DNA of 62,055 nt, the filler included, from Candidatus Hydrogenedentota bacterium (GTDB lineage: Bacteria; JBFMHD01), in the NCBI GenBank assembly GCA_040752395.1. It is 6 parts of 6 records of this genome, joined end to end, with 100 filler letters (N's around TTAATTAATTAA, not from the genome) between each part and the next. Parts side by side here need not be neighbours in the genome. Positions count along the whole stretch, not along the records: positions 40,082 to 62,055 come from JBFMHD010000013.1; 5 more parts are not named here. The stretch is one strand, 5' to 3'. The notes under the pieces were generated by a model. The model did not search any database. It was not told the DNA's origin and saw only the letters and a program-made list of their open reading frames with translations. The position numbers were made by a program, and so were the translations under genes. Shown one piece after another: positions 50,615 to 58,853 of the stretch; within the stretch, counting starts at the first letter, position 1, and each line of letters starts with the position of its first letter.

Positions 50615-51145
50615 TTATGTAACTATAGTTAAATAAATAATTAAGAATATAAGTAAGAAACTGAAAGGGATTCTACTCTCACCAGTTGCAAATGAGAAAA
50701 AATAAGTACCAAACCCGGCAAACAATATGGTTTTAAGTCTCTGGCCGGAATTAATAGGATAAAAAGATAATATTCTGTTTAATATTACAAGACAAAGAGA
50801 TGAGCAGGGTATAGATATAAAAATTATCGATAAAAGATTTAAATACATTAATTTATTGAGGTAAGGCAAAAGACTGATAAATGGTTTAGAAATAAAGTAT
50901 AATGGGACAAGAAAAATAATGCTGCCATGTGAATGACCACAATAAAATCCGCCTTTATAAAAAGAGACCTCGCAATAACCATATAAATCAGGCCGTTGTA
51001 GAACAAATGAATGATTATCAACGATAGAAATAGATAGATCAAGCAGATTAAACCAGCCACCATTTATCTGAGCAGGTCTTATAAAAAATAAAAATATTAG
51101 ATATGAAAAAAGAAAGATCGTAATATCAACTCTTAGATGTTTCAT
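50615..51145 (-). CDS. Membrane protein, probably a truncated GT-C N-terminal part
   Basis: TM helices, SIVD..SF..Y..FY..H..G pattern; short for the family. Confidence 0.5.
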   Translation of the reverse strand: MKHLRVDITIFLFSYLIFLFFIRPAQINGGWFNLLDLSISIVDNHSFVLQRPDLYGYCEVSFYKGGFYCGHSHGSIIFLVPLYFISKPFISLLPYLNKLMYLNLLSIIFISIPCSSLCLVILNRILSFYPINSGQRLKTILFAGFGTYFFSFATGESRIPFSFLLIFLIIYLTIVT

Positions 51146-52244
51146 AGAAACTCTTTATAGATTTAATAATATAATTTAATTCAAGTTCACTTAGAAATGG
51201 GCTTATTGGTAGTGATACGATATTATTTACCACAGCCTCTGTTACTTTTAAAGAAGATATAATTTTATATCTATTTTTAAATGGGGGCTGTTTATGGAGC
51301 GGTAGAGGATAATGGATAAATACCTGTATCTTCTTACTTTTCATATATTCAATGAATTTATCACGGTCTTTTACTCTGGCTACAAGGAGATGATACACAG
51401 GTTTACAGGAAGAGATGTAATCTAAAAAATCAATGTAATCTTTTAATGAGGTTCTATATCTATTTGCGATTTTTATCCTTAATTTATTCAGGTAATTAAG
51501 TTTCTTTAATTTAACCCGAAGTATCGCGGCCTGCAATTCATCGAGTCTTGAGTTTTGGCCTGTAATAGTTGAATAGTATCTATCAGGTTGACCATAATTC
51601 CGTAATAATTTTAGTCTTTCCATAAATCTTTTGTCATTGGTTAGTATCATACCGCCATCACCATAACACCCTAAATTTTTTGTGGGATAAAAACTAAAAG
51701 ATGCAGCTTTTGAGATTTGACCCGGATATATACCATCTCTTTTTGAGCCATGAGCCTGGGCAGCATCTTCTATTACAGGGATATTATAGCCATCTGCTAT
51801 CTCAATTATTTTTCTCATATCAGCCATAGCACCGTATAAATGCACAGGAATAATCGCTTTTGTTTTTTTAGTAATTAATTTTTTTAATTCAATTGGATTC
51901 ATTAACAGGTCATTCTCATTTACATCACAAAAAACAGGTGTTGCACCAGCATTAAGTATAGCCATACCAGTGGGTATAGCTGTATTTGCAGGTGTTATAA
52001 CCTCGTCTTTTGCTTTAACCCCAAGCGCTTTTAGACATAATTCAAGGCCATCTGTACAGTTGGCTACCCCAATGCCGTATTTTACTTTATGAAACGAACT
52101 GAATTCTTCCTCAAATTTTTGCAATTCATAACCAAGTATATAGTTTCCTTTTTTAAGTACTTTTTTAATACAATTATTAATATCTTTTTTGAAAAAATTA
52201 TATTCTCTAATAAGGTTAGTAAAAGTTATCATATAGTAATTCAT
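51126..52244 (-). CDS. DegT/DnrJ/EryC1/StrS aminotransferase
   Basis: FEEEF, PVHLYG, EDAAQAHG, SFYPTKNLG..GDGG, NSRLDELQAA; start may be 52232. Confidence 0.93.
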   Translation of the reverse strand: MNYYMITFTNLIREYNFFKKDINNCIKKVLKKGNYILGYELQKFEEEFSSFHKVKYGIGVANCTDGLELCLKALGVKAKDEVITPANTAIPTGMAILNAGATPVFCDVNENDLLMNPIELKKLITKKTKAIIPVHLYGAMADMRKIIEIADGYNIPVIEDAAQAHGSKRDGIYPGQISKAASFSFYPTKNLGCYGDGGMILTNDKRFMERLKLLRNYGQPDRYYSTITGQNSRLDELQAAILRVKLKKLNYLNKLRIKIANRYRTSLKDYIDFLDYISSCKPVYHLLVARVKDRDKFIEYMKSKKIQVFIHYPLPLHKQPPFKNRYKIISSLKVTEAVVNNIVSLPISPFLSELELNYIIKSIKSFYETSKS

Positions 52245-52875
52245 CAGTCTTCTGTTAGTTTTCGGTTATCCAAAAGATGAAGGATGAAGTGCTGAAGAAC
52301 GTTTATCAGCGCTTCAGCCATTAGCACTTCAGCACTGGTGTCTTTCTTGCTTCTTGCCTCTTAATTCCACCCATAACTGATGGGATACATAATATAAGCA
52401 TTAAATTTTAAATAATTGCAAGTTGAAATATTTTGCAATTCAGACATTAGACTTCAGACTCCTGGACATCAGACTTTTTTGTGTAATCTCTGGCAATTCC
52501 ATTAAGTCTGGTGTTTGATCTCTATGGTCTTGTGTCACACAATAACCACTTTTATTTTTTGTAATTTCAATATAATCAATATAATGTAAAAAGGGTCACA
52601 AGAGCCATTCTTTAGACTTTAGAGATGTTAAAAAACATATCGAATTAAAAAATGGCGTTGAAACACATATAAGAAAAATGAGGAAAGGACTGACTTTGTA
52701 ATGGCTTTATTTGATACGGAATATATTAATAGATCATTATAAAAGAGTTAAGTTGTATGTTCCCAATTATTAAATTTAATATTATACAAATTTTCACATA
52801 CAACAGTTACTTTTAACCTCACAAAAGTGCGGTTATAATATTTACCAGTCGTTCCATTATAATTGCAAGTTAATA

Positions 52876-52905
52876 TTGACTCTCAAATTAAAAGATGATT
52901 ATATT
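52876..52905 (+). promoter_or_regulatory. Putative promoter, possibly giving a leaderless mRNA
   Basis: TTGACT-18-TATATT ending 5 nt before ATG 52911; no SD. Confidence 0.5.
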
Positions 52906-52910
52906 AAGCT

Positions 52911-53906
52911 ATGAATAAAATGAAACAATTCTGGTATAAAAAGAATGTTCTTGTAACAGGCGGAGCAGGGTTTATAGGTAGTAACCTTTGTATTGAGCTT
53001 GTTCGACTTGGAGCAAAAGTTACAGTTGTAGATTCACTTTTGCCTGATTATGGCGGGAATTTGTTTAACTTAAAGCCTGTTATTAATAAAATTCATCTAA
53101 ATATAGCTGATATTCGGGATAAATATAGTCTGATTTATCTTGTAAAAAATAAAGACTTTATTTTTAATCTCGCAGGTCAGGTAAGTCATATCGATAGTAT
53201 GACCGATCCTGTAACAGACCTTGAAATAAATTGTACAAGTCAGCTTGTTTTATTAGAAACAGTAAGAAAAATAAACCAGCAAGTCAAAATAATATATGCA
53301 AGCACAAGACAATTATATGGTAAACCACTCTTTCTACCTGTTAGTGAAACACACCCCAATTATCCAGTTGATATTAACGGAATCAATATGCTTGCCGCTG
53401 AACAGTATCATATGCTTTATAATGATATTTACGGGATAAAATGTGTTTCAATCAGGATGACAAATACGTATGGACCAAGACAATTGATGAAACACAGTCG
53501 TCAGGGGTTTGTGCCGTCTTTTATTAGATTAGCATTAGAGTCCAAAGAGATTTGTATTTATGAACCGGGGACTCAAAAACGGGATTTTAATTATGTATCT
53601 GATGCTGTTAGTGCCTTGCTATTAGCAGGCAGTCTTGAAAAATCCTATGGCAAAATTTATAATCTCGGTCATCATAAGTATTATTCTCTAATAGAATTTA
53701 CAGAATTATTAATTAAAATACTTGGTAAAGGTAAGTATAGAATAGTTAAATGGCCCAGGGGTAGAAAGAAGATAGACATAGGTGATTATTATGGAGATTA
53801 TTCACGGATAAAGAGAGAGTTGGGATGGGAGCCGAAAGTTTCGCTTGAACAAGGGTTGAGACGAACAGTTGCGTTTTACAGGAAATATAAAAAATATTAC
53901 TGGTGA
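52911..53906 (+). CDS. NAD-dependent epimerase/dehydratase
   Basis: TGGAGFIG, LAGQ.SH, R.TN.YGP, RDF.YV.D; the YxxxK position reads NGINM. Confidence 0.9.
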   Translation: MNKMKQFWYKKNVLVTGGAGFIGSNLCIELVRLGAKVTVVDSLLPDYGGNLFNLKPVINKIHLNIADIRDKYSLIYLVKNKDFIFNLAGQVSHIDSMTDPVTDLEINCTSQLVLLETVRKINQQVKIIYASTRQLYGKPLFLPVSETHPNYPVDINGINMLAAEQYHMLYNDIYGIKCVSIRMTNTYGPRQLMKHSRQGFVPSFIRLALESKEICIYEPGTQKRDFNYVSDAVSALLLAGSLEKSYGKIYNLGHHKYYSLIEFTELLIKILGKGKYRIVKWPRGRKKIDIGDYYGDYSRIKRELGWEPKVSLEQGLRRTVAFYRKYKKYYW

Positions 53907-54042
53907 AGTTGATAAATGGCAAAATCAAATGATTAATTAGGAAGAGAAGAGACAGAGGGAGTACAAAACAGAAAATTATTTGACAAATATCGGGTTTTTG
54001 CATATCGTTAGAGTATTAAAAATAATACGGCGAAAAATTAAA

Positions 54043-54465
54043 ATGGGTAAAATAAATGTAAGAATAGAGTTAATTAATTATCAGGATATGATTGCGTTTA
54101 ATCTGGGAATAAAAAAAGAAAATGAAATACGTAAATTTATTGTTAACGATGCTTTAGTTGATTCTGGTGCAACAATGCTAATGGTTCCTCAAAAAATAGT
54201 TAAACAACTTGGGCTTCAAAGAAGAGAAAGTATTCTGGTAAAAGATGCTAATGGTGGTTCTATAAATAGAGATATCTACGGTGATATATGGCTAAAAATA
54301 TTGAATAATGAGGGCGTTTTTGAATGCATAGAGATACCTGATAATGTCCCTCTATTAGTGGGACAAATTCCGCTTGAAAGATTTGATCTTGTTGTAGATT
54401 GCACAAACCAGAAATTAGTAGTAAACCCCAACCACCCCGAAGGACCAACTTTATTAGCATATTAG
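54043..54465 (+). CDS. Clan AA (retropepsin-like) aspartyl protease
   Basis: ALVDSGA, ANG, LVGQ.PLE..DL. Confidence 0.82.
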   Translation: MGKINVRIELINYQDMIAFNLGIKKENEIRKFIVNDALVDSGATMLMVPQKIVKQLGLQRRESILVKDANGGSINRDIYGDIWLKILNNEGVFECIEIPDNVPLLVGQIPLERFDLVVDCTNQKLVVNPNHPEGPTLLAY

Positions 54466-54526
54466 TATACTGATCTCCTGAAACGTGAGACACAGAAAAA
54501 GGCAAGGTAATTATATTCTATGAATA

Positions 54527-54613
54527 TTAGTGAGGGACTTCAGTCCCGTAAAATAATTCATTGATAGTTTTATAATTAAAGAACCAAAAGACGCACCTAA
54601 AGGTGCTCACTAC
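54527..54613. repeat. Convergent pair of GTAG REP-like hairpins (REPIN-like doublet)
   Basis: TTAGTGA-GGGAC-TTCA-GTCCC-GT (+) and GTAGTGA-GCACC-TTTA-GGTGC-GT (-) around a 41-bp AT-rich spacer. Confidence 0.8.
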
Positions 54614-54771
54614 AATTTTTTCACACCTTCTGATTGGATACAGCTGCCTTAACATTTTCTTGCTATTTTTTAATTATCATTATATTTTCAATTTTTACAT
54701 ATTTTTTATGAATTTCTATCTTGTATTTTCTGCTTAACTATATAAGTTTAGGCTAAAAAGGTTATAATATA

Positions 54772-55536
54772 ATGAATAATAAAGAGAATAACTTAATGCT
54801 TAAAAATGAATATAAAATAATGTATGATGCCGAAAATACACATTGGTGGTATATTGGATTAAGGTATTGGTTAAAAAAAGTATTATCAAAATTTATTAAT
54901 AAAAACTCGATTATCCTTGATGCAGGTTGCGGAACTGGAGCCAATATGTATTTATGTAAATCATTATCTTATGATCTTTATGGAGTTGATTTATCTGAAG
55001 AAGCACTAAAATTAACTCAGAATCGCGGGATTGAAAAAAAAAGATTATGTTGTGCCTCTGTTGATAAACTACCATTTAAATCAGAATGTTTCGACTCTGT
55101 GATTAGCATGGATGTATTATGTATTCTTGATGAAAAACAAGAAAAGTCAACATTGTTAGAGTTTATAAGAGTATTAAAAAAAGAGGGGATTCTAATCTTA
55201 AATTTACCTGCTTTTAGTTGGTTAGAGGGCGAACATGATCAGGCGGTTTCCACTAAACATCGATATATAATTAATGATATTAAAGATAAATTAGAATCAC
55301 TACAATTTAAAATAATCCGTTCAGAATATCGCTACCTCTTATTCCTTCCAGTATTATTTATAGTAAGATTAATCAGGTTTAAAAAGAAGGATAAAACAAG
55401 AGCCAGGTCTGATCTAACAGTTAATTGTAGAATAATAAATTTCTTTTTCAAAATTATTGTCTATTTAGATGAATTTATAGGCAACAATATATCTCGGCCA
55501 TTTGGAACGTCGGTTAGCATTGTTGCTCAAAAATAA
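54772..55536 (+). CDS. Class I SAM-dependent methyltransferase
   Basis: HWWY, LDAGCGTG, GVD.S, LPF...FD, PAF.WL..HD. Confidence 0.88.
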   Translation: MNNKENNLMLKNEYKIMYDAENTHWWYIGLRYWLKKVLSKFINKNSIILDAGCGTGANMYLCKSLSYDLYGVDLSEEALKLTQNRGIEKKRLCCASVDKLPFKSECFDSVISMDVLCILDEKQEKSTLLEFIRVLKKEGILILNLPAFSWLEGEHDQAVSTKHRYIINDIKDKLESLQFKIIRSEYRYLLFLPVLFIVRLIRFKKKDKTRARSDLTVNCRIINFFFKIIVYLDEFIGNNISRPFGTSVSIVAQK

Positions 55537-55639
55537 ATTTTTGTGTTGTTTTTCGCTTATTAACAATAAATTATACCAGATCAAATTTCTTGAAAGTTTT
55601 AGGAATGGCTATTATAAGCTTATACGGATATTCTGTCAT

Positions 55640-55799
55640 AAGATGATATGTTGGCTTCAGGCTCCGGGCTTTTGTCTCCAGCCGGCTGTAGTCCGTAGCC
55701 TGTCCTGACACCTCTCACTTCTTCCGTTATCTTGCTTCTTGCCTCTTGCCTCTTGCTTCTACTTGATATTATTAGAGTTACAATGTTTTTCAGAGGAGG
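55640..55799 (+). repeat. Orphan mosaic cassette B-D-F-E abutting the res stop codon
   Basis: ..TTTTTCAGAGGAGG immediately followed by TTA, the stop codon of the convergent gene. Confidence 0.93.
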
Positions 55800-58700
55800 T
55801 TAATCAAGGGTTGCAAATAGTCTTTCCGGCCAATCTGTCTCCAAGAATAAAACATTCTGGTTTATATATTCATCTTTTGAAGGGGGAGATGTCCTTCCTT
55901 CTATCAACTTCTCGTATGGGGTTTTGGAAAGTATAAAAGATTCTAAAACTACATTTTCCTTGCCGAGTTTTCGTTCTAATTGCTTAAGGTCATCTTTAAG
56001 TTTTATTTTCTCCTGATCTAACTCTTTTTCATGCTCTAATCCTTTTGGGTCAATGAAGACCATTCTCTGATTTTTGTTATCTTTAATCCACATGATAAAA
56101 TCAGGATAAAAACCACTCAGATTGAAGAACCCTACACCGGACCCTGGGTAATTTCTTAAAAGATATATCTCAATACCTGAAAATTTATCCTTATTCCTTT
56201 TTAAGTAATCCCTTAAATCTGAAACAAATTCTTTCTCGCTTTCTACAAGACCTGCAGGGGATATCTTATCTATTTTCTTACTTTGCAGTAAAACGGGTAT
56301 ATATAGATGTTTGTCGAAATAAATCCGGGGTAATGTTTTAGTATCTTCTTTGATAAGTTTATTTAAGTCTTTTGCCAACTTTTTGATTTCTTCAATAAGT
56401 TTTTTTTCTCTTTTATCAATCTGAAGGGTGTAACTGTACTTATCTCCTGGTTTTTCAAAAGCAAAAAGCGTCAATTGTTTCCCCACGGTATCGTAGCGCA
56501 AGTTTTCTGTCTCAAAATGCTTTGCATATTTTCTATAGAACAGGTCGATATATTTTTTAACAACCAGAATGGCGATATCTTCTAATCGTAGGACATCATC
56601 TTGAGTGTTTACTTCCAGAATCTCATGCAATGCCAAAATTTTATATCTATCCGATAAAAGCAAATCCTTTAATCTCTCTCTTTCCAAAACCAAATTCCAA
56701 TATCCTTTTACAATTCTAAAATCGCAAATCTCTTCCCACATTTTCTCCCAGTCAAATAAATCTATTATATCTTCTGTCATCCGCATCTCTTGGACTTCTG
56801 TTCTAATTTGCTCTATCTTGATGCCTTCTTCTTTTCTTTCTTTAGCTAGATATGTTGATATTTTTGGTAAAAGGTCTATCGTGAGATAAATTCTGTCATC
56901 AAGTTCTAATCTTAGAATTTCCTCTTCTTCAAATCTCTTTTTCTCGTCTTTTGTGAGTGTCAAAAGACTTTTCCACTTTTTCTCATGTTGCGGTGTGACC
57001 GGTATTTCAATTGGTTCAAATTCTACCTCTTCTTTACTAATCGCTTCTAAAAACTTGCTCAGATAATCGGCCTTAATACTGTAAATATTGAGCATCTCTA
57101 AAAATTGAACCAAACTTTTGTCCTCACTCCTCTTAAGGGACATTCCTTTGCCTTTCAGTCTCACTCCTCTTCCAAATAACTGAATAATCTGCGGGCCCTG
57201 TCCTCTGCCTATGTTTAGCAGTCCCATGGAAGACACCCGCCAGGTGTCCCATCCTTCGATGAACTTCTTTGAACCGATTAGAATATTCACAGGTGAACCT
57301 TCCCCTTTAATGGTATCAAAAAGAGAACCAGATACTGCATCTTGGGAAACTGTTATTCCTTTTTTCTCTAATTGTTTCTTAAACCCAGAAACATCACCGA
57401 TATTTATAACTCCAAAATAGTCATTCTCTCCTATTTTTAAGCCAAATTCTCCCTCTGCGTTCTTTAGCTCATATATACCAAAAACCCCTTTTCCTGCAAA
57501 AATTTTCTTATATAGATCATCAAATTCAACTCTTCTTTTCTTGAGGTATTCAAATTTATTCTTAAACACCTCTTCATTATTTTCGTCTTTGAGTCCAGTA
57601 TTGCCATTTAAAATCTCTTCTGCCTTTTTATGAACCCATGTGATATCCTGCATTACGCTTCTTATAAATTCCACAATCTGAATAACATCTGATCCCTCTT
57701 CTTTGCCAGTAACTGTTGTGCCAACAAAAATCCAAAGAGGCTTTTCAAGGTTATGGTCTTTTGCCAGATGTTGATTCTCTTCATATACCAAAAGTTGTTC
57801 ATAAAAAGATAGAAGATTGGCTACGAACATTGTCTCTTGAAAGTTGCGCTCGCTTATCTTTGCCTGTTTAACATTGAGAACTGAGAAATCTTTGCCATAG
57901 CCGTCCAGATAAAAGTATTTATATGAATAATCAAAGACAATTGATTTGGCATACTCCTCAAGGGTCTCCTTGTTTCTTTCACTCAAAATTTGTCCAAAGG
58001 TAGCGCTGTATTCAAATACAAATCCATCTTGAGCAAGTTTATTCCTTAATTTTGCCCATTTTTGCTCCTCTGATCTTTTTCCTTTATGCCCCTCATCTAC
58101 AAAAACAAGATTCCTTCCTTCAAATACTCCAACCGGGAGAGTTACACCACCGCCCTTTTTCTCCTCTACAAATTTCGTCATTTCTATAACCAGAACTTGT
58201 TTTTCATCTCTGAACGTACCGTGGCTGCTCAATCCGCCTTCATAAAGTTTGCAAGAGAGCCCGCTTTTCTGTAATTCCTCAAAGTGCTGTTTTGAAAGCC
58301 CTTCATTTGGAGTAATTAAAATGATATTATCTGGAGAAAATAATTTGTAGTGGAAGAATTGGTGGTAGTTTATATGTGTAATCAGAGTCTTTCCAGAACC
58401 TGTCGCCATCCAGAAGGCAATCTTCTTCAAATTGTCTTCATTGAATTTTTCTATAAGGTCAATATCTTGCTCTTGCTTGTAGGTTTCCAAAAATTCGTTT
58501 AGTTCATACAAAAATTCAATCTTTCTATTTTTTAGATTATCCAGAACAATCTCTGTCCAAAGCACTGCCAGGTATTGAAAATATTTCAAGGAAACAGGTT
58601 CACGTTTATAGTTAATCTTCTTCACATAACTTTGAATATTCTCATCGTATCTAAGGAGAATCTCCTCTGAAAGAATATCTTTTCGTAGCCCTTCAAAAGA

Positions 58701-58850
58701 TGAACGAAGGATATTTACAAAATAACTTCTTCCATCGCTATCGACAGTAATCGGTGCGTCTTTAAGTTTTTCCTGTAAATCTTTGAAATCACTCACTCCA
58801 AAGAGTGAAAGCAAATATTTATTTAAGACAAGATATTTTTCTATATTCAT
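55800..58850 (-). CDS. Type III restriction enzyme Res subunit
   Basis: MATGSGKT, DEGH, SAT, EGWD, Q..GRG.R helicase motifs; C-terminal FYPDF..IDPKG nuclease. Confidence 0.9.
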   Translation of the reverse strand: MNIEKYLVLNKYLLSLFGVSDFKDLQEKLKDAPITVDSDGRSYFVNILRSSFEGLRKDILSEEILLRYDENIQSYVKKINYKREPVSLKYFQYLAVLWTEIVLDNLKNRKIEFLYELNEFLETYKQEQDIDLIEKFNEDNLKKIAFWMATGSGKTLITHINYHQFFHYKLFSPDNIILITPNEGLSKQHFEELQKSGLSCKLYEGGLSSHGTFRDEKQVLVIEMTKFVEEKKGGGVTLPVGVFEGRNLVFVDEGHKGKRSEEQKWAKLRNKLAQDGFVFEYSATFGQILSERNKETLEEYAKSIVFDYSYKYFYLDGYGKDFSVLNVKQAKISERNFQETMFVANLLSFYEQLLVYEENQHLAKDHNLEKPLWIFVGTTVTGKEEGSDVIQIVEFIRSVMQDITWVHKKAEEILNGNTGLKDENNEEVFKNKFEYLKKRRVEFDDLYKKIFAGKGVFGIYELKNAEGEFGLKIGENDYFGVINIGDVSGFKKQLEKKGITVSQDAVSGSLFDTIKGEGSPVNILIGSKKFIEGWDTWRVSSMGLLNIGRGQGPQIIQLFGRGVRLKGKGMSLKRSEDKSLVQFLEMLNIYSIKADYLSKFLEAISKEEVEFEPIEIPVTPQHEKKWKSLLTLTKDEKKRFEEEEILRLELDDRIYLTIDLLPKISTYLAKERKEEGIKIEQIRTEVQEMRMTEDIIDLFDWEKMWEEICDFRIVKGYWNLVLERERLKDLLLSDRYKILALHEILEVNTQDDVLRLEDIAILVVKKYIDLFYRKYAKHFETENLRYDTVGKQLTLFAFEKPGDKYSYTLQIDKREKKLIEEIKKLAKDLNKLIKEDTKTLPRIYFDKHLYIPVLLQSKKIDKISPAGLVESEKEFVSDLRDYLKRNKDKFSGIEIYLLRNYPGSGVGFFNLSGFYPDFIMWIKDNKNQRMVFIDPKGLEHEKELDQEKIKLKDDLKQLERKLGKENVVLESFILSKTPYEKLIEGRTSPPSKDEYINQNVLFLETDWPERLFATLD

Positions 58851-58853
58851 GGT

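Noticed and set aside
1-55799. Mosaic repeats as a CRISPR array, integron attC sites or IS/MITE
   Set aside because: No constant repeat with unique spacers, no cas or integrase gene, flanking genes are core housekeeping genes, and no terminal inverted repeats or target duplications are visible.
55759-55799. Module E as a sigma70 promoter (TTGATA..TACAAT)
   Set aside because: The hexamers are only 10 nt apart and TACAAT is not kept in the ACAGCG, ACAAAG or GCGAAG alleles.
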